From assembly GCA_904396495.1 (NCBI GenBank), contig CAJFOJ010000034.1, positions 113 to 64,112 on the forward strand: DNA of 64,000 bases, in the 5' to 3' direction. Within the stretch, counting starts at the first letter, position 1; each line of letters starts with the position of its first letter. Source of the stretch: an uncultured Oscillospiraceae bacterium. Its GTDB lineage: Bacteria; Bacillota; Clostridia; Oscillospirales; Ruminococcaceae. Positions 1 through 9,732 of this stretch are shown in pieces. Below the pieces are notes generated by a model. It did no database searches, had not been told where the DNA came from, and saw nothing but the letters and a program-made list of their open reading frames with translations. A program made the position numbers and the translations under genes.

Positions 1-39
1 GGGAAAAGGAGTTTTTAAGCAAAGGCGGAGTGAGAAAGC

Positions 40-1467
40 ATGAAGTTCAACAACCTGAGCCAGCGGTCGGCTGACAACAATTTAATCAGCCTATTTTCGG
101 ACATAGCTGCTTTACTTGTAGCGTTTTTGCTGTCCGTTTTGATTGTATTCCGGGGCCTACAGGTTATTGCAAACGACTGGCTTTTGGTGGGAGCAGGGAT
201 TTTTTACTGCGTCTGCGTTATTTTCCTCTTCCAGGTATTTGAGATGTATTCTTCCGTGGCCATCGGATTTAAGGCGGCAAAGGTCACCATCTGTTTGACC
301 ATGGTGTATACGACGCTTTTTTGCATCATCGTCAATTTTATTTTTTTGAGACGGCCGGAAATGTATTTACTATCGGTTTATGAAGGTGTCTCTTCGGTAA
401 TTTTGCTGCTTTTATGGCGGTATTTTCAGCATCTGTACTTCATCCACCGGAAAAACAAGTCAAAAATCCTCATGGTGGAGCAAATGAAAGAGGACAATTC
501 CCGTGTCCGTCGGCTAAAATACTCCTGTTTGGACGTTTACGACGCCTGGTATGAGCAGGTGGATGTAAACGATATGGATGCGGTAAAAGAATTCATGTAC
601 GAACAATTCCCAAAGTACGACGGCATCTGCTTGATGGAGAGCATACCCATCCACGTCAAGGATCTTTTTATTAAAGAGGCTTTACGGCTGGGGAAGGAGT
701 TTTTCATTATCCCCGCTATGTATGAGCTCAATTTTACCAAGGTGATGCTGGCGTTTTTCGACGACGTGATGGTGTTCCATATCATACCGCACCATTTAAG
801 CTCTACCCAGATGTTTTTAAAGCGTGCTTTTGATTTGCTGTTTTCCTCCGTCGGGCTCATTGTAGCAGCAATTCCCATGGCAGCTATCGCGCTGGCGATT
901 AAGCTGTTTGATCCAGGACCTGTTTTTTATAAGCAGATCCGGCTCACCAAGGACATGAAGGAGTTTGAGATCATTAAATTCCGGACCATGGTGGTTAACG
1001 CCGAACAAATGACCGGTCCCACCTTTGCCCGGAAAAACGACCCTCGCATCACTAAACTCGGTCGGTTTTTGCGGGCTAGCCGTTTGGATGAGCTTCCTCA
1101 GCTTATCAACGTCTTTTTAGGAGACATGAGCTTTGTGGGCCCCCGGCCGGAACGCCCCTACTTTGTGGAACAATTTATGAAAGACGTGGAATATTATGAT
1201 CAGCGGTTTACCGTAAAGGCGGGCCTCACATCATTATCTCACGTCTGCGGGCGGTATTCTACCGCCATCGAGGACCGCACCCTCTATGACCTTTTATACA
1301 TCATCAATTTCAGCCTGCTGATGGATCTAAAAATTATTTTGTTGACCACCCGCACCGTCTTTTTGAAAGAGGCGGCAGAAGGAGTGGATAACGGGGAGAA
1401 AAGGATGAATCAGCAGCCTGAGCAAGAGACAGTTTCTGAGTCAGAGGAGAACCATTATGGATTTTAA
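40..1467 (+). CDS. Polytopic phosphoglycosyl transferase (bacterial sugar transferase, WbaP/CpsE-like); initiating enzyme of polysaccharide locus 1
   Basis: 475-aa ORF. Hydrophobic N-terminal half. C-terminal core carries PGPVFYKQIRLT, KFRTM, DPRITKLGRFLRASRLDELPQL and GDMSFVGPRPERP motifs. Confidence 0.85.
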   Translation: MKFNNLSQRSADNNLISLFSDIAALLVAFLLSVLIVFRGLQVIANDWLLVGAGIFYCVCVIFLFQVFEMYSSVAIGFKAAKVTICLTMVYTTLFCIIVNFIFLRRPEMYLLSVYEGVSSVILLLLWRYFQHLYFIHRKNKSKILMVEQMKEDNSRVRRLKYSCLDVYDAWYEQVDVNDMDAVKEFMYEQFPKYDGICLMESIPIHVKDLFIKEALRLGKEFFIIPAMYELNFTKVMLAFFDDVMVFHIIPHHLSSTQMFLKRAFDLLFSSVGLIVAAIPMAAIALAIKLFDPGPVFYKQIRLTKDMKEFEIIKFRTMVVNAEQMTGPTFARKNDPRITKLGRFLRASRLDELPQLINVFLGDMSFVGPRPERPYFVEQFMKDVEYYDQRFTVKAGLTSLSHVCGRYSTAIEDRTLYDLLYIINFSLLMDLKIILLTTRTVFLKEAAEGVDNGEKRMNQQPEQETVSESEENHYGF

Positions 1468-2860
1468 GAAAGTGGTTGCCTTTATCAGGCGGCACCTGGT
1501 TTCCGCCCTGTGCGTCGGCGGCGTGTTAGCCGTTTTGGTGCTGGGGGTGGGAATCTACCAAAACGTCTACCGGGATGCGGTGCACCTGTCCTTTGTCTAT
1601 CCTAATATTGAAGACGGCCAGTACCCGGATGGAGAACGTTTTTTGATGTATGATTTTCTTGACAACGACGTAGTTGGAGAGGCTTTGAGCCAGATGCAGC
1701 AAAAGGGCTGGTACACCGATATTACCCTTGCCCAGCTTCAGCAGAATCTTAGCGTATCGGTCTATCTGTCCAATCCGGTGCAGGAAAAGGTAGAGAGTTC
1801 GATTGCCTCTGGAAAGGACTTTTCCTACTACAGCAATGAATACATCATCAGTTTCAGTCAGCCCAACCCTGTCCATCTGCGAGATTGGAGCGACTTTTTT
1901 GGTTTATTTAGAAAAGACAGAAGCGAGGAGTTTTTAGACGAGCTGGTACGAGCTTATATCAAAAAATTTACCGAGGAACACGCCGACAGCGGGCAGGCTT
2001 TCTACAATTTGACCGCCAGTATTTCCGACGAGGACTACGATTTTACTGACATCACCGACTATTACAAGCTGAAGGTCAACGCCTCTTTAGACTATCTTCA
2101 GGAAAAGGACGCCGAGGGCAAAGCCTATGTGGCCAAAAGCACTGGCCTCTCCTTTAAAGACCTGATCGCCTCTTACCAGGCCCTTTTGGACGTGGACATC
2201 CAAAATTTGGAAAGCTATGTCAAATCCTCCCGGCTGACAAAGAATCTAGAACAGTTTACCAACCGAAATCACGTCCTCATCGAAAGCGATACCCTTTCAA
2301 TGCTAAAGCAGCAAGATGAGGCGGCGTTGGCCCGGACAGCTATGGAGGAATACGACCACACCTTTACCGAGAATATCATCATCGTCAGTGAAAACGAGGA
2401 AAACGGCCTCTACCAGGCCCGCCCCAAAACCGGTTACGATACAGTGACCCAGCGGACCCTCACCGCATCCACCAATGCAGTGACCCTGGAGGAAGATATC
2501 AATGAGCTGAGCCTCAGGGTAAACCAGTACACCGAAGCGGCAGCAGCAGACCCGGCGGAATACGCCAGGATGTGCAGCGTCGCAAACCAGATGGTGGCAG
2601 ATTTCGACGAAAAGTACGAGGAATTGTTTGAAAAGGCCAATGCCACCATTAACGAATACCTCCAGTATGTCAACGGCAATTACATCGAGACCTCCGCACG
2701 GCACGCGAGCCTGTGGAGCACAGGTATGATTGTAAAGGCCCTGCTGTTCTTTGTAGCGGGATTTGCTTTTGCGCTTTTGTTCGCCTTTGCCGGAAAGGTT
2801 GCCAAAACTCACGGATGGCCCGGAAGTTCCAAAACGGCAAAAACCCGGTTGGAAGACTGA
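1457..2860 (+). CDS. Bitopic membrane protein with Wzz/polysaccharide co-polymerase-like topology; function unassigned
   Basis: 467-aa ORF overlapping the upstream gene by 11 nt. One TM near the N-terminus (ALCVGGVLAVLVLGVGIY), a long polar middle, and one C-terminal TM (ALLFFVAGFAFALLFAFAG). Confidence 0.5.
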   Translation: MDFKKVVAFIRRHLVSALCVGGVLAVLVLGVGIYQNVYRDAVHLSFVYPNIEDGQYPDGERFLMYDFLDNDVVGEALSQMQQKGWYTDITLAQLQQNLSVSVYLSNPVQEKVESSIASGKDFSYYSNEYIISFSQPNPVHLRDWSDFFGLFRKDRSEEFLDELVRAYIKKFTEEHADSGQAFYNLTASISDEDYDFTDITDYYKLKVNASLDYLQEKDAEGKAYVAKSTGLSFKDLIASYQALLDVDIQNLESYVKSSRLTKNLEQFTNRNHVLIESDTLSMLKQQDEAALARTAMEEYDHTFTENIIIVSENEENGLYQARPKTGYDTVTQRTLTASTNAVTLEEDINELSLRVNQYTEAAAADPAEYARMCSVANQMVADFDEKYEELFEKANATINEYLQYVNGNYIETSARHASLWSTGMIVKALLFFVAGFAFALLFAFAGKVAKTHGWPGSSKTAKTRLED

Positions 2861-2875
2861 TGGAGGTGATTTGGA

Positions 2876-5449
2876 TTGACTGAACTCAATATATTCGATC
2901 TGCTGCTGGCGCTTAAAAAGAAGCTGCGGGTGATTATTGTTTTTACCGTTCTGTTCACCTTTGCCGCCTTTTGTGTAGCCCAGATCACGCAGTCGTACAC
3001 CGCGACCCTCCATCTTCAGTACCAATTCGCAGAGGCCGAGGAGGGCAACGCCCCTGACGGAACCGAGTTGGACGTCTATCAAATCATGAGTCCGTCCATT
3101 ATTTCCAACGCCCTCAACAGCCTGAACATGAACCTGGACCTGACAGTAGAAGACGTCCGCAACCAAATGGCAGTCACCGAGGTGGTGGATTCCCAGGCCA
3201 CTGAAATCCAGCAGGCCTCCACCGAAAAAGGTGAGGAATACGTCATCAATCCCACCGAATACACCGTCACCTACACCTTTGACGGCTCTTACGGCGCCGA
3301 GTTTGGCAACCGGCTGCTCTCCGCCATTGTCAAGTCTTACGACGAGCAGTTCGCCGAAGAGTATTACAACATGACAAACGTCATTAACTTCATGGACAAC
3401 GTGGACACCAGCGACATGGATTACATGATGTTCTGTGAGTTTATCAGCAGCAATTTGGACAACATCATCACCTCTTTAGAGCAGCTTCAAGATGGCAATG
3501 AGTCCTTCCGTTCCGTTACCACAGGACTCAGCTTTGACGTTTTGGTGTCCTATTTTCAAAACCTCAAGGACACCGATTATCAGAAGTACTATGCAAACGT
3601 GCGGGAAGGGCTGCTGACCAAGGACAAGGAAAAGCTCTTAAAAACCTACCAGAACAAGATCGAGAGCAACCGTCAGCAGATGGAGACGCGCCAGCGGGAA
3701 TCCGATCTGCTCCATGACACCGTCAACAGCTTCTATGACCAGTACAAGGAAAGCCCACTCTATCAGCAGGCACTTAACACGCAGGGCACCACGGACGGTT
3801 CCAACAGCGAGAACAAGACTCTGGTTTACGACGAAAACCTTCTCAAAAACATCAATACCTACGACGATATGATGATCCGCTTTGTGGACGCGGGCACCGA
3901 TGCCGCCACTCTGCGGCGGGATTCTGACTATTATCAAAACCTCATCGACGAGTTTACAAACGATACAGTATCCGATGCTACCAAACAGGAACTTCTCGCT
4001 CAAAATGAAATCATTTTAGATGAAATGATGGCAAACTTAGACACCTACGTCCAGATGGCCAATCAAACCTTGGACGACTACTATGGGCGCCTTACCGCCA
4101 ACCACATCAACTACCTGATGGCGGTGGACGTGACTCCCAACGTCTCTGTGCCAGTGGTTTTGGTACTGGGATTTTTAATCGGGCTGTTCATGATCTGCGT
4201 CATCTGTATTTTCATCGAGATGTTTAAGCGCAATATTGAGCGGAAAAAGCTCCAGGAGCTGTCTGCCGAGAGCGCCTTCTCCCACATTACGCCGGAGACT
4301 ATCAACGGCATGACCATGATGGAACGGGCGTTTTACGAGCAGGCTCTCAAGGACTTCGATGAGTTTTATCTGCTCTACCAGCCCATGGTGGATCAGGAGG
4401 AAAACTGGGTCATGGCGGAGACGCTGGTGCGTTGGGACAGCTCCCGGTTAGGGAACGTCATGCCCGACGAGTTTTTGCCCATCGCGGAGAAATACGGCCT
4501 ATTGGATTCTTTGGGTGTCTGGATTTTCCGAAACGTCTGCCATAAGCAGAAGGAGTGGGCCGACCAGTGCTTAAGCCACACCATCAGCGTCAACTATTCG
4601 GTGGGCCAGATCGAGAGCGGCTCCTTTGTCGACAGCCTTTTCCAGGTCATCAGCGAAACAAAGGCCGACCCGCAGAAAATCTGCCTTGAAATTTCCGGCG
4701 GCGGAGAGATCGACAATATCGACTACGTGGCCCAGAAATTTGTCGCCCTCAAGGCGCTGGGCGTTATGGTGGCCGTCGACCGGTTTGGGGACACTTTGTC
4801 GTCGCTGCGGGTGCTCTATGAAATCCCGGCCGATATCGTGAAAATCAGCCGGAACTACATCGCCTCCCTTGAAGGGGGAGACCGCAACTTCCTCATCGAC
4901 ACCGTAGGCATTTGTAAAGAGCAAAACCTGAAAATCTGCATGTTGGGTGTGGAAAACGAAAATCAAGTCGCCCAGTTAAAGGAAATGGGTATCTCCTATA
5001 TGCAGGGCTATTATTTCTCAAGCCCCTTGTCTGCCAAGGAATATACGGCCAAAATCGCTGAGGATACAGACAGGGCCTACGAGGCGAAACAATCGGTTTC
5101 AGAGAGTGGGAATGAGGATAAAAACGCCGATGTCCTTGTCCTCAATGAATCCGACACACCAGAAAACACTCAGGATGCCGCCAAGGCTGATGAAGAACCC
5201 AAAGCAGAAACGACTGCGGAAATAGGACGAAACGAGGCTTCAGGCGGAGAGGCGTCTCAATCTGTCCAAGAACAAGAGGAGGAAACCCGGGGAACAGACG
5301 GCGAGGAGGCTGTGGAAGAAGAACCTTCTCAGGAAATAGTTTCTTTGGTGGAGCAACCCCTCACAGTGGAGGAAAAGACAGAAAAGCCGGCTAAAACTGT
5401 AGGGCGGGTCAAGGTCCGCAAAGTAAAGCGCCGGAACAATTTTAGTTGA
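2876..5449 (+). CDS. Wzz-like co-polymerase domain fused to a cytoplasmic EAL (c-di-GMP phosphodiesterase-type) domain and an acidic low-complexity tail
   Basis: 857-aa ORF (TTG start after GGAGGTGA). N-terminal Wzz-type start (IFDLLLALKKKLRVIIVF...TATLHLQY), second TM VPVVLVLGFLIGLFMICVICIFI. EAL-family motifs follow: YQP, ETLVRW, VNYS, LEIS, DRFGD, KIS, GVE, QGYYFSSP. Confidence 0.75.
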   Translation: MTELNIFDLLLALKKKLRVIIVFTVLFTFAAFCVAQITQSYTATLHLQYQFAEAEEGNAPDGTELDVYQIMSPSIISNALNSLNMNLDLTVEDVRNQMAVTEVVDSQATEIQQASTEKGEEYVINPTEYTVTYTFDGSYGAEFGNRLLSAIVKSYDEQFAEEYYNMTNVINFMDNVDTSDMDYMMFCEFISSNLDNIITSLEQLQDGNESFRSVTTGLSFDVLVSYFQNLKDTDYQKYYANVREGLLTKDKEKLLKTYQNKIESNRQQMETRQRESDLLHDTVNSFYDQYKESPLYQQALNTQGTTDGSNSENKTLVYDENLLKNINTYDDMMIRFVDAGTDAATLRRDSDYYQNLIDEFTNDTVSDATKQELLAQNEIILDEMMANLDTYVQMANQTLDDYYGRLTANHINYLMAVDVTPNVSVPVVLVLGFLIGLFMICVICIFIEMFKRNIERKKLQELSAESAFSHITPETINGMTMMERAFYEQALKDFDEFYLLYQPMVDQEENWVMAETLVRWDSSRLGNVMPDEFLPIAEKYGLLDSLGVWIFRNVCHKQKEWADQCLSHTISVNYSVGQIESGSFVDSLFQVISETKADPQKICLEISGGGEIDNIDYVAQKFVALKALGVMVAVDRFGDTLSSLRVLYEIPADIVKISRNYIASLEGGDRNFLIDTVGICKEQNLKICMLGVENENQVAQLKEMGISYMQGYYFSSPLSAKEYTAKIAEDTDRAYEAKQSVSESGNEDKNADVLVLNESDTPENTQDAAKADEEPKAETTAEIGRNEASGGEASQSVQEQEEETRGTDGEEAVEEEPSQEIVSLVEQPLTVEEKTEKPAKTVGRVKVRKVKRRNNFS

Positions 5450-5469
5450 GAGCGGGGAGGAATGACACA

Positions 5470-6306
5470 ATGATTACCAAAAAACGAGTCCTCGCAATGA
5501 TTCTGGCAATTTTGCTGTTGTTTGCCGCCTGTGTGGTGGTAGATGACGTCACCGTCGACCTCAACACCTATGAGTACTACGATTCCGATCTGCCCATGCT
5601 TTTTTATGGCTACCGGATCATGTGTATTTCCGATTTTCACAACTCTTTCTACCCCGGTCAGATTTCTAAAATTATCAACGAGGAGCAGCCCGACGTGGTT
5701 CTCTTTTTAGGGGATATGACCACCCTGCCCAAGAACAACACCGACAAGTTTAAGGAACTTTTAGACGGCATCACCATTGATGTGCCCATCTACGGCGTTT
5801 TGGGAAACCACGAAGAGTTTTCTGAACGCAAAGAGGAGCTGATCCAGGAGTTTGCCGGCACCAAGATGCAGCTTTTGCAAAATGAAAGCGTCATGCTGGA
5901 GCGGGACGGCGCCTCTATCAAGCTGGTAGGGGTTAGCGACGTGGATATGGAGGACGATCAGATCAAGGATTCTTACAGCCTCTCCCAGACGCGGGAGTAT
6001 CTCTCCGAAGAACTTGATCATTCGGCCTTTACCATTCTCGCCTGCCACCGGGCCAATCTCTACCCCTATCTCTCTGACTTGGACGCCGATTTGATGCTTT
6101 CCGGACACATGCACGGCGGCGTGGTCCGCGTTCCATTCTTTGGAGGGGTGTTTGGGATTGACGGCGGCCTGATGCCCGATTACGATGCCGGACTGTACCA
6201 GGAAACAGACATGGCCCTCTACGTTAGCCGGGGATGCGATTTTCTCCTCACCAAACCGCGGATTAACAACGGGCCGGAGATCGTGCAGATCGTCTTAAAG
6301 AAGTAA
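5470..6306 (+). CDS. Membrane-anchored calcineurin-like metallophosphoesterase
   Basis: Motifs DFHN, GDMT, GNHE and GHMHGG in canonical order. N-terminal TM/signal anchor. Start chosen at the ATG after GGGGAGGAA; the track ORF begins at 5446. Confidence 0.8.
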   Translation: MITKKRVLAMILAILLLFAACVVVDDVTVDLNTYEYYDSDLPMLFYGYRIMCISDFHNSFYPGQISKIINEEQPDVVLFLGDMTTLPKNNTDKFKELLDGITIDVPIYGVLGNHEEFSERKEELIQEFAGTKMQLLQNESVMLERDGASIKLVGVSDVDMEDDQIKDSYSLSQTREYLSEELDHSAFTILACHRANLYPYLSDLDADLMLSGHMHGGVVRVPFFGGVFGIDGGLMPDYDAGLYQETDMALYVSRGCDFLLTKPRINNGPEIVQIVLKK

Positions 6307-6312
6307 CGGGAT

Positions 6313-7509
6313 ATGAAAAAGATACTGATTGTCTATACTGAAATGATTATTGGAGGAGCTACATCTGCTTTGTTGTCGCTCCTCCATTCTCTGGATTACC
6401 AAAAATACAGCGTCGATTTGCAGCTTTACTCAAACGGGGGAATTCGGCAGGGGGAAATCCCAAAAGAAGTACACATCCTGCCGGAAGCGGACCCGTATAC
6501 CCACGGTTTTTGGCAAAAGGCGGCGGGAAAGCTCCTGTCGCCTTGCTATCTTGTGGCAAAGGGGCGGGCGATCTGGCAGCGGGTAGTAAAAAAGAAGCCC
6601 CTAAGCGCCGTCCAAATCATGACCTGCCAGGCGGCAAAATCAGGACAGAGAGCCAATGGACAGTATGACACTGCCATTTCCTTTTTGGAATTTTGGCCCC
6701 TTTACTACCTGGCATTCCAAGTGGAGGCAAGGCGAAAGGTCGCCTGGATTCACATCGACTACAAAAAAAGTACCTTAAGCGTCAACCTAGACGAGGAGGC
6801 TTTTGCTTTCTTAGACAACATTGTCTTAGTATCTCGGCAGTGTCTCGAGAATTTTAAGGAGCTCTGCCCCAAATTTGCCCACAAAGCCATCTGGACAGAG
6901 AATATCGTCTCACCGGAGCTTATCCGCCGAGGAGCGGATAAGGGAATCCCTCAGCTCCCTTCCAAAAAGAACCCGCAGGTGTTGCGGCTCATCACCGTCT
7001 CCCGGGTGGATTTCAGCCACAAGGGCCTGGATCGGGGACTCGACGCCTTTTGTCGTCTCAAGGAAGAAGGCTTGGCGGAGCGGCTCCAGTGGATTGTCGT
7101 GGGGGACGGGGGAGACATGGCGTCTTTTCAGGAACTGATCGCTCAAAACGGCCTAGAAAGCCTGATTTTCCCAATTGGCATGAAACCGGAGCCCTTGCCC
7201 TATCTAAAACAGGCAGACGCTTTTTTTCTGCCCTCCCGGTATGAGGGCAAGCCGATTTCGGTGACGGAGGCCCAGATACTAGGGGTGCCGCCTTTTACCT
7301 GCGCCTACGAATCGGCATATGAGCAGATCCGCGACGGCATCGATGGGCGGGTGTTCGAAAACAGCGGCGAAGGGGTCTACAAGGGCCTCAAAGAGCTTGC
7401 TTTGCACCCGGAGAGCCTCCAATCCCTGCGGGAAAACCTGAAAAGACGGGATTTTCGAGACCGGGAGGCCGTTAAGGCCATCGACAGGATCATCATGGGA
7501 GAGGCGTAA
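6313..7509 (+). CDS. Glycosyltransferase, GT4-like (GT-B fold)
   Basis: 398-aa ORF. C-terminal EX7E-type region: PSRYEGKPISVTEAQILGVP. Confidence 0.8.
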   Translation: MKKILIVYTEMIIGGATSALLSLLHSLDYQKYSVDLQLYSNGGIRQGEIPKEVHILPEADPYTHGFWQKAAGKLLSPCYLVAKGRAIWQRVVKKKPLSAVQIMTCQAAKSGQRANGQYDTAISFLEFWPLYYLAFQVEARRKVAWIHIDYKKSTLSVNLDEEAFAFLDNIVLVSRQCLENFKELCPKFAHKAIWTENIVSPELIRRGADKGIPQLPSKKNPQVLRLITVSRVDFSHKGLDRGLDAFCRLKEEGLAERLQWIVVGDGGDMASFQELIAQNGLESLIFPIGMKPEPLPYLKQADAFFLPSRYEGKPISVTEAQILGVPPFTCAYESAYEQIRDGIDGRVFENSGEGVYKGLKELALHPESLQSLRENLKRRDFRDREAVKAIDRIIMGEA

Positions 7510-7526
7510 AACAAAAAAAGAAAGGA

Positions 7527-8756
7527 ATGGCCGGTTGTATCGTGAACCTTTTGTTTGTCAGCGGATTGTTTCAAAAAGAGCGGGAAGAGGAGTTTTTTTC
7601 AAAGTTTAAGATGTTTCCCTATGCCGCCGCCAACGTCCACCAGTGGCATATATTGGAGGGGCTTGTGGAACGGGAGGGCCTGAATGTAGAGGTGGTAAAT
7701 GCCGCTTTCGTAGGAACCTACCCCAGAGAGTACAAAGACGCCTACATTCACGCGGGAAACTGGGAATATAAGGGTATTCATGTCCGCGAGACAGGGTTTG
7801 TAAACCTCTTCGGCATCCGGTCGATTGCCCGCGCGGCAGGGGTTTACCGGGGGATTGTCCGCTGGTGGAAGAGGGATCAGGAAGGTGAAAACACAGCGGT
7901 ACTCTATTCGATGCTCACCCCTTTTATGCTGGCGGGGGCACTGGCTAAAAGGCGCTGCAAAGGGCTAAAGCTCTGCCTATATGTGCCCGATCTGCCCGGG
8001 TCTTTCCTGCAAATCGGCGGCAAAGGGAGGATTTACCGGCTGCTCAAGCGACTGGACTGCGCTTTGATGAACCGGCTTCTGCGTCATATAGACAGCTTCG
8101 CCCTTTTGACTGAACAGATGAACGAGAAGCTGAATCCCCAAAAGCAAAAACCCTATGTGGTGTTGGAGGGTATCGTCTCACAGGAGGACGCTCCCGAGGT
8201 GGAGCACCCCATCGGCGGAAAAATGCCCTCCTTCGTCTACACTGGGCTGATTGACAGGGCCTTCGGGGTGCTGGACTTGGCCCAGGCTTTTACCCTTTTG
8301 GAGGGCGATTGCACGTTGGAGCTCTACGGGGAGGGGGAAGCCTTAGACACTATCCGGCAGATGGCGAGAAAAGACCCCCGTATCCGTTGCCACGGGGCGG
8401 TTCCACGAGAAGAGGCGCTATTGCGCCAGCGGGAGGCCACCGTCCTCATTAACCCCAGGATGCCCGACAAGGACTTTGTCCGGTATTCCTTTCCATCTAA
8501 AACGCTGGAGTACCTTTTGTCGGGACGTCCGGTGCTGATGTTTCAGTTGGAAGGAATCCCTGCGGAATACGATCCATACCTTTCTTTTTTCCCGTCGGCC
8601 GACCATGGGGAGATGGCAAAGGCGATGAAGCAGCTCCTTGAAACCCCAAAGGAGGAACTAACCGCCAGAGGAAAACGGGGAAGGGAGTTTGTCCTGGAGG
8701 AGAAAAACGAACGAAAACAAGGGGAAAAGCTGATTACGCTGTTGAAACGGAGCTGA
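7527..8756 (+). CDS. Glycosyltransferase, GT4-like
   Basis: 409-aa ORF. C-terminal region SFPSKTLEYLLSGRPVLM resembles the GT-B donor-binding segment. Lies inside the GT run of the locus. Confidence 0.7.
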   Translation: MAGCIVNLLFVSGLFQKEREEEFFSKFKMFPYAAANVHQWHILEGLVEREGLNVEVVNAAFVGTYPREYKDAYIHAGNWEYKGIHVRETGFVNLFGIRSIARAAGVYRGIVRWWKRDQEGENTAVLYSMLTPFMLAGALAKRRCKGLKLCLYVPDLPGSFLQIGGKGRIYRLLKRLDCALMNRLLRHIDSFALLTEQMNEKLNPQKQKPYVVLEGIVSQEDAPEVEHPIGGKMPSFVYTGLIDRAFGVLDLAQAFTLLEGDCTLELYGEGEALDTIRQMARKDPRIRCHGAVPREEALLRQREATVLINPRMPDKDFVRYSFPSKTLEYLLSGRPVLMFQLEGIPAEYDPYLSFFPSADHGEMAKAMKQLLETPKEELTARGKRGREFVLEEKNERKQGEKLITLLKRS

Positions 8757-8763
8757 AAACAAG

Positions 8764-9732
8764 ATGCCCAAGATGTTCACTCTCATGACCTGCACCTATA
8801 ACCACGCCGGGCTGTTGCGGTTGGCTTTGCAAAAGATGTTGGAGCTTGACGGGCTTGATCGGTACGTGGAAGAAATCCTGGTGGTGGACAATGCCTCCAC
8901 CGACGGGACAAGGGAAGTGGTGGCGGAATTTTCCGGACAAAATCCCCTCGTGCGGTATCTGTCGGAGCCCCGGCAGGGGGTAACTTTTGCCAGAAGGCAT
9001 GCCGCTGAACTGACAACACCCTGGCTCATCTTCGTCGACGACGACAACCTGCTTTCTAAAAATTATCTTTTGCGGGCGGCAGCGCTCATCGGCGAAAATC
9101 CGGACGTAGGGGTCATAAACGGGGCAGGAATCGCCGCCCCTCTGCCGGGGGAGAAGTTTACCTCCGACGAGCAGCTTTGCCTTTTTGCCGTAGCAGCGTA
9201 CCTCGCCTGCTCCCACCCCGGCGTGGATTCCTTTAAAGCGGGGATGAAGAGCGTGGCCACTGTGCCCTACGGGGCAGGGGTTATCCTACGGGTAGAGCCT
9301 TTAAAGCGTTTCTCCGAGCGGGGCTGGACCAAAAACGTCGGCCGCAGCGGTGGGGCACTCACCTCCGGCGAGGACGGGGAGATTATCTCCGCGGTCTTGG
9401 GGGAGGGCTATCGTTACCTCTACGACAGCGAAATGTATTTTTACCATCTGATGCCCAAGTCCCGGCTTCGGGAGGACTACCTATCAAGGCTTTACCGGGG
9501 CATCGGCCACGGCATGTACCATTACCACCGGCAGGGCCCTCACGGCAGGGTGCGAAATGCCAGCTACTTTGTAGGGTACTGTTTAAAATTGCTGGCCCTA
9601 CCGCTGGTGACAGCTGTAGTAAGCGATCCTATCAGGAAACTCTCCTATCATTACAGGGCCTATTCCTGGAAAGCCTATAACCAGTGCTGCTTAGGTAAGA
9701 AAAGGGAAGACGAGGTGGTGAGCCGCCTATGA
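8764..9732 (+). CDS. Glycosyltransferase family 2
   Basis: N-terminal GT-A signature: TCTYNHAGLL...VVDNASTDGT...FVDDDN. Confidence 0.75.
   Translation: MPKMFTLMTCTYNHAGLLRLALQKMLELDGLDRYVEEILVVDNASTDGTREVVAEFSGQNPLVRYLSEPRQGVTFARRHAAELTTPWLIFVDDDNLLSKNYLLRAAALIGENPDVGVINGAGIAAPLPGEKFTSDEQLCLFAVAAYLACSHPGVDSFKAGMKSVATVPYGAGVILRVEPLKRFSERGWTKNVGRSGGALTSGEDGEIISAVLGEGYRYLYDSEMYFYHLMPKSRLREDYLSRLYRGIGHGMYHYHRQGPHGRVRNASYFVGYCLKLLALPLVTAVVSDPIRKLSYHYRAYSWKAYNQCCLGKKREDEVVSRL

Noticed and set aside
2303-3166. 287-aa minus-strand ORF spanning the junction of the two Wzz-like genes
   Set aside because: It is antisense to well-supported plus-strand genes and has no recognisable motifs, so it is a shadow ORF.
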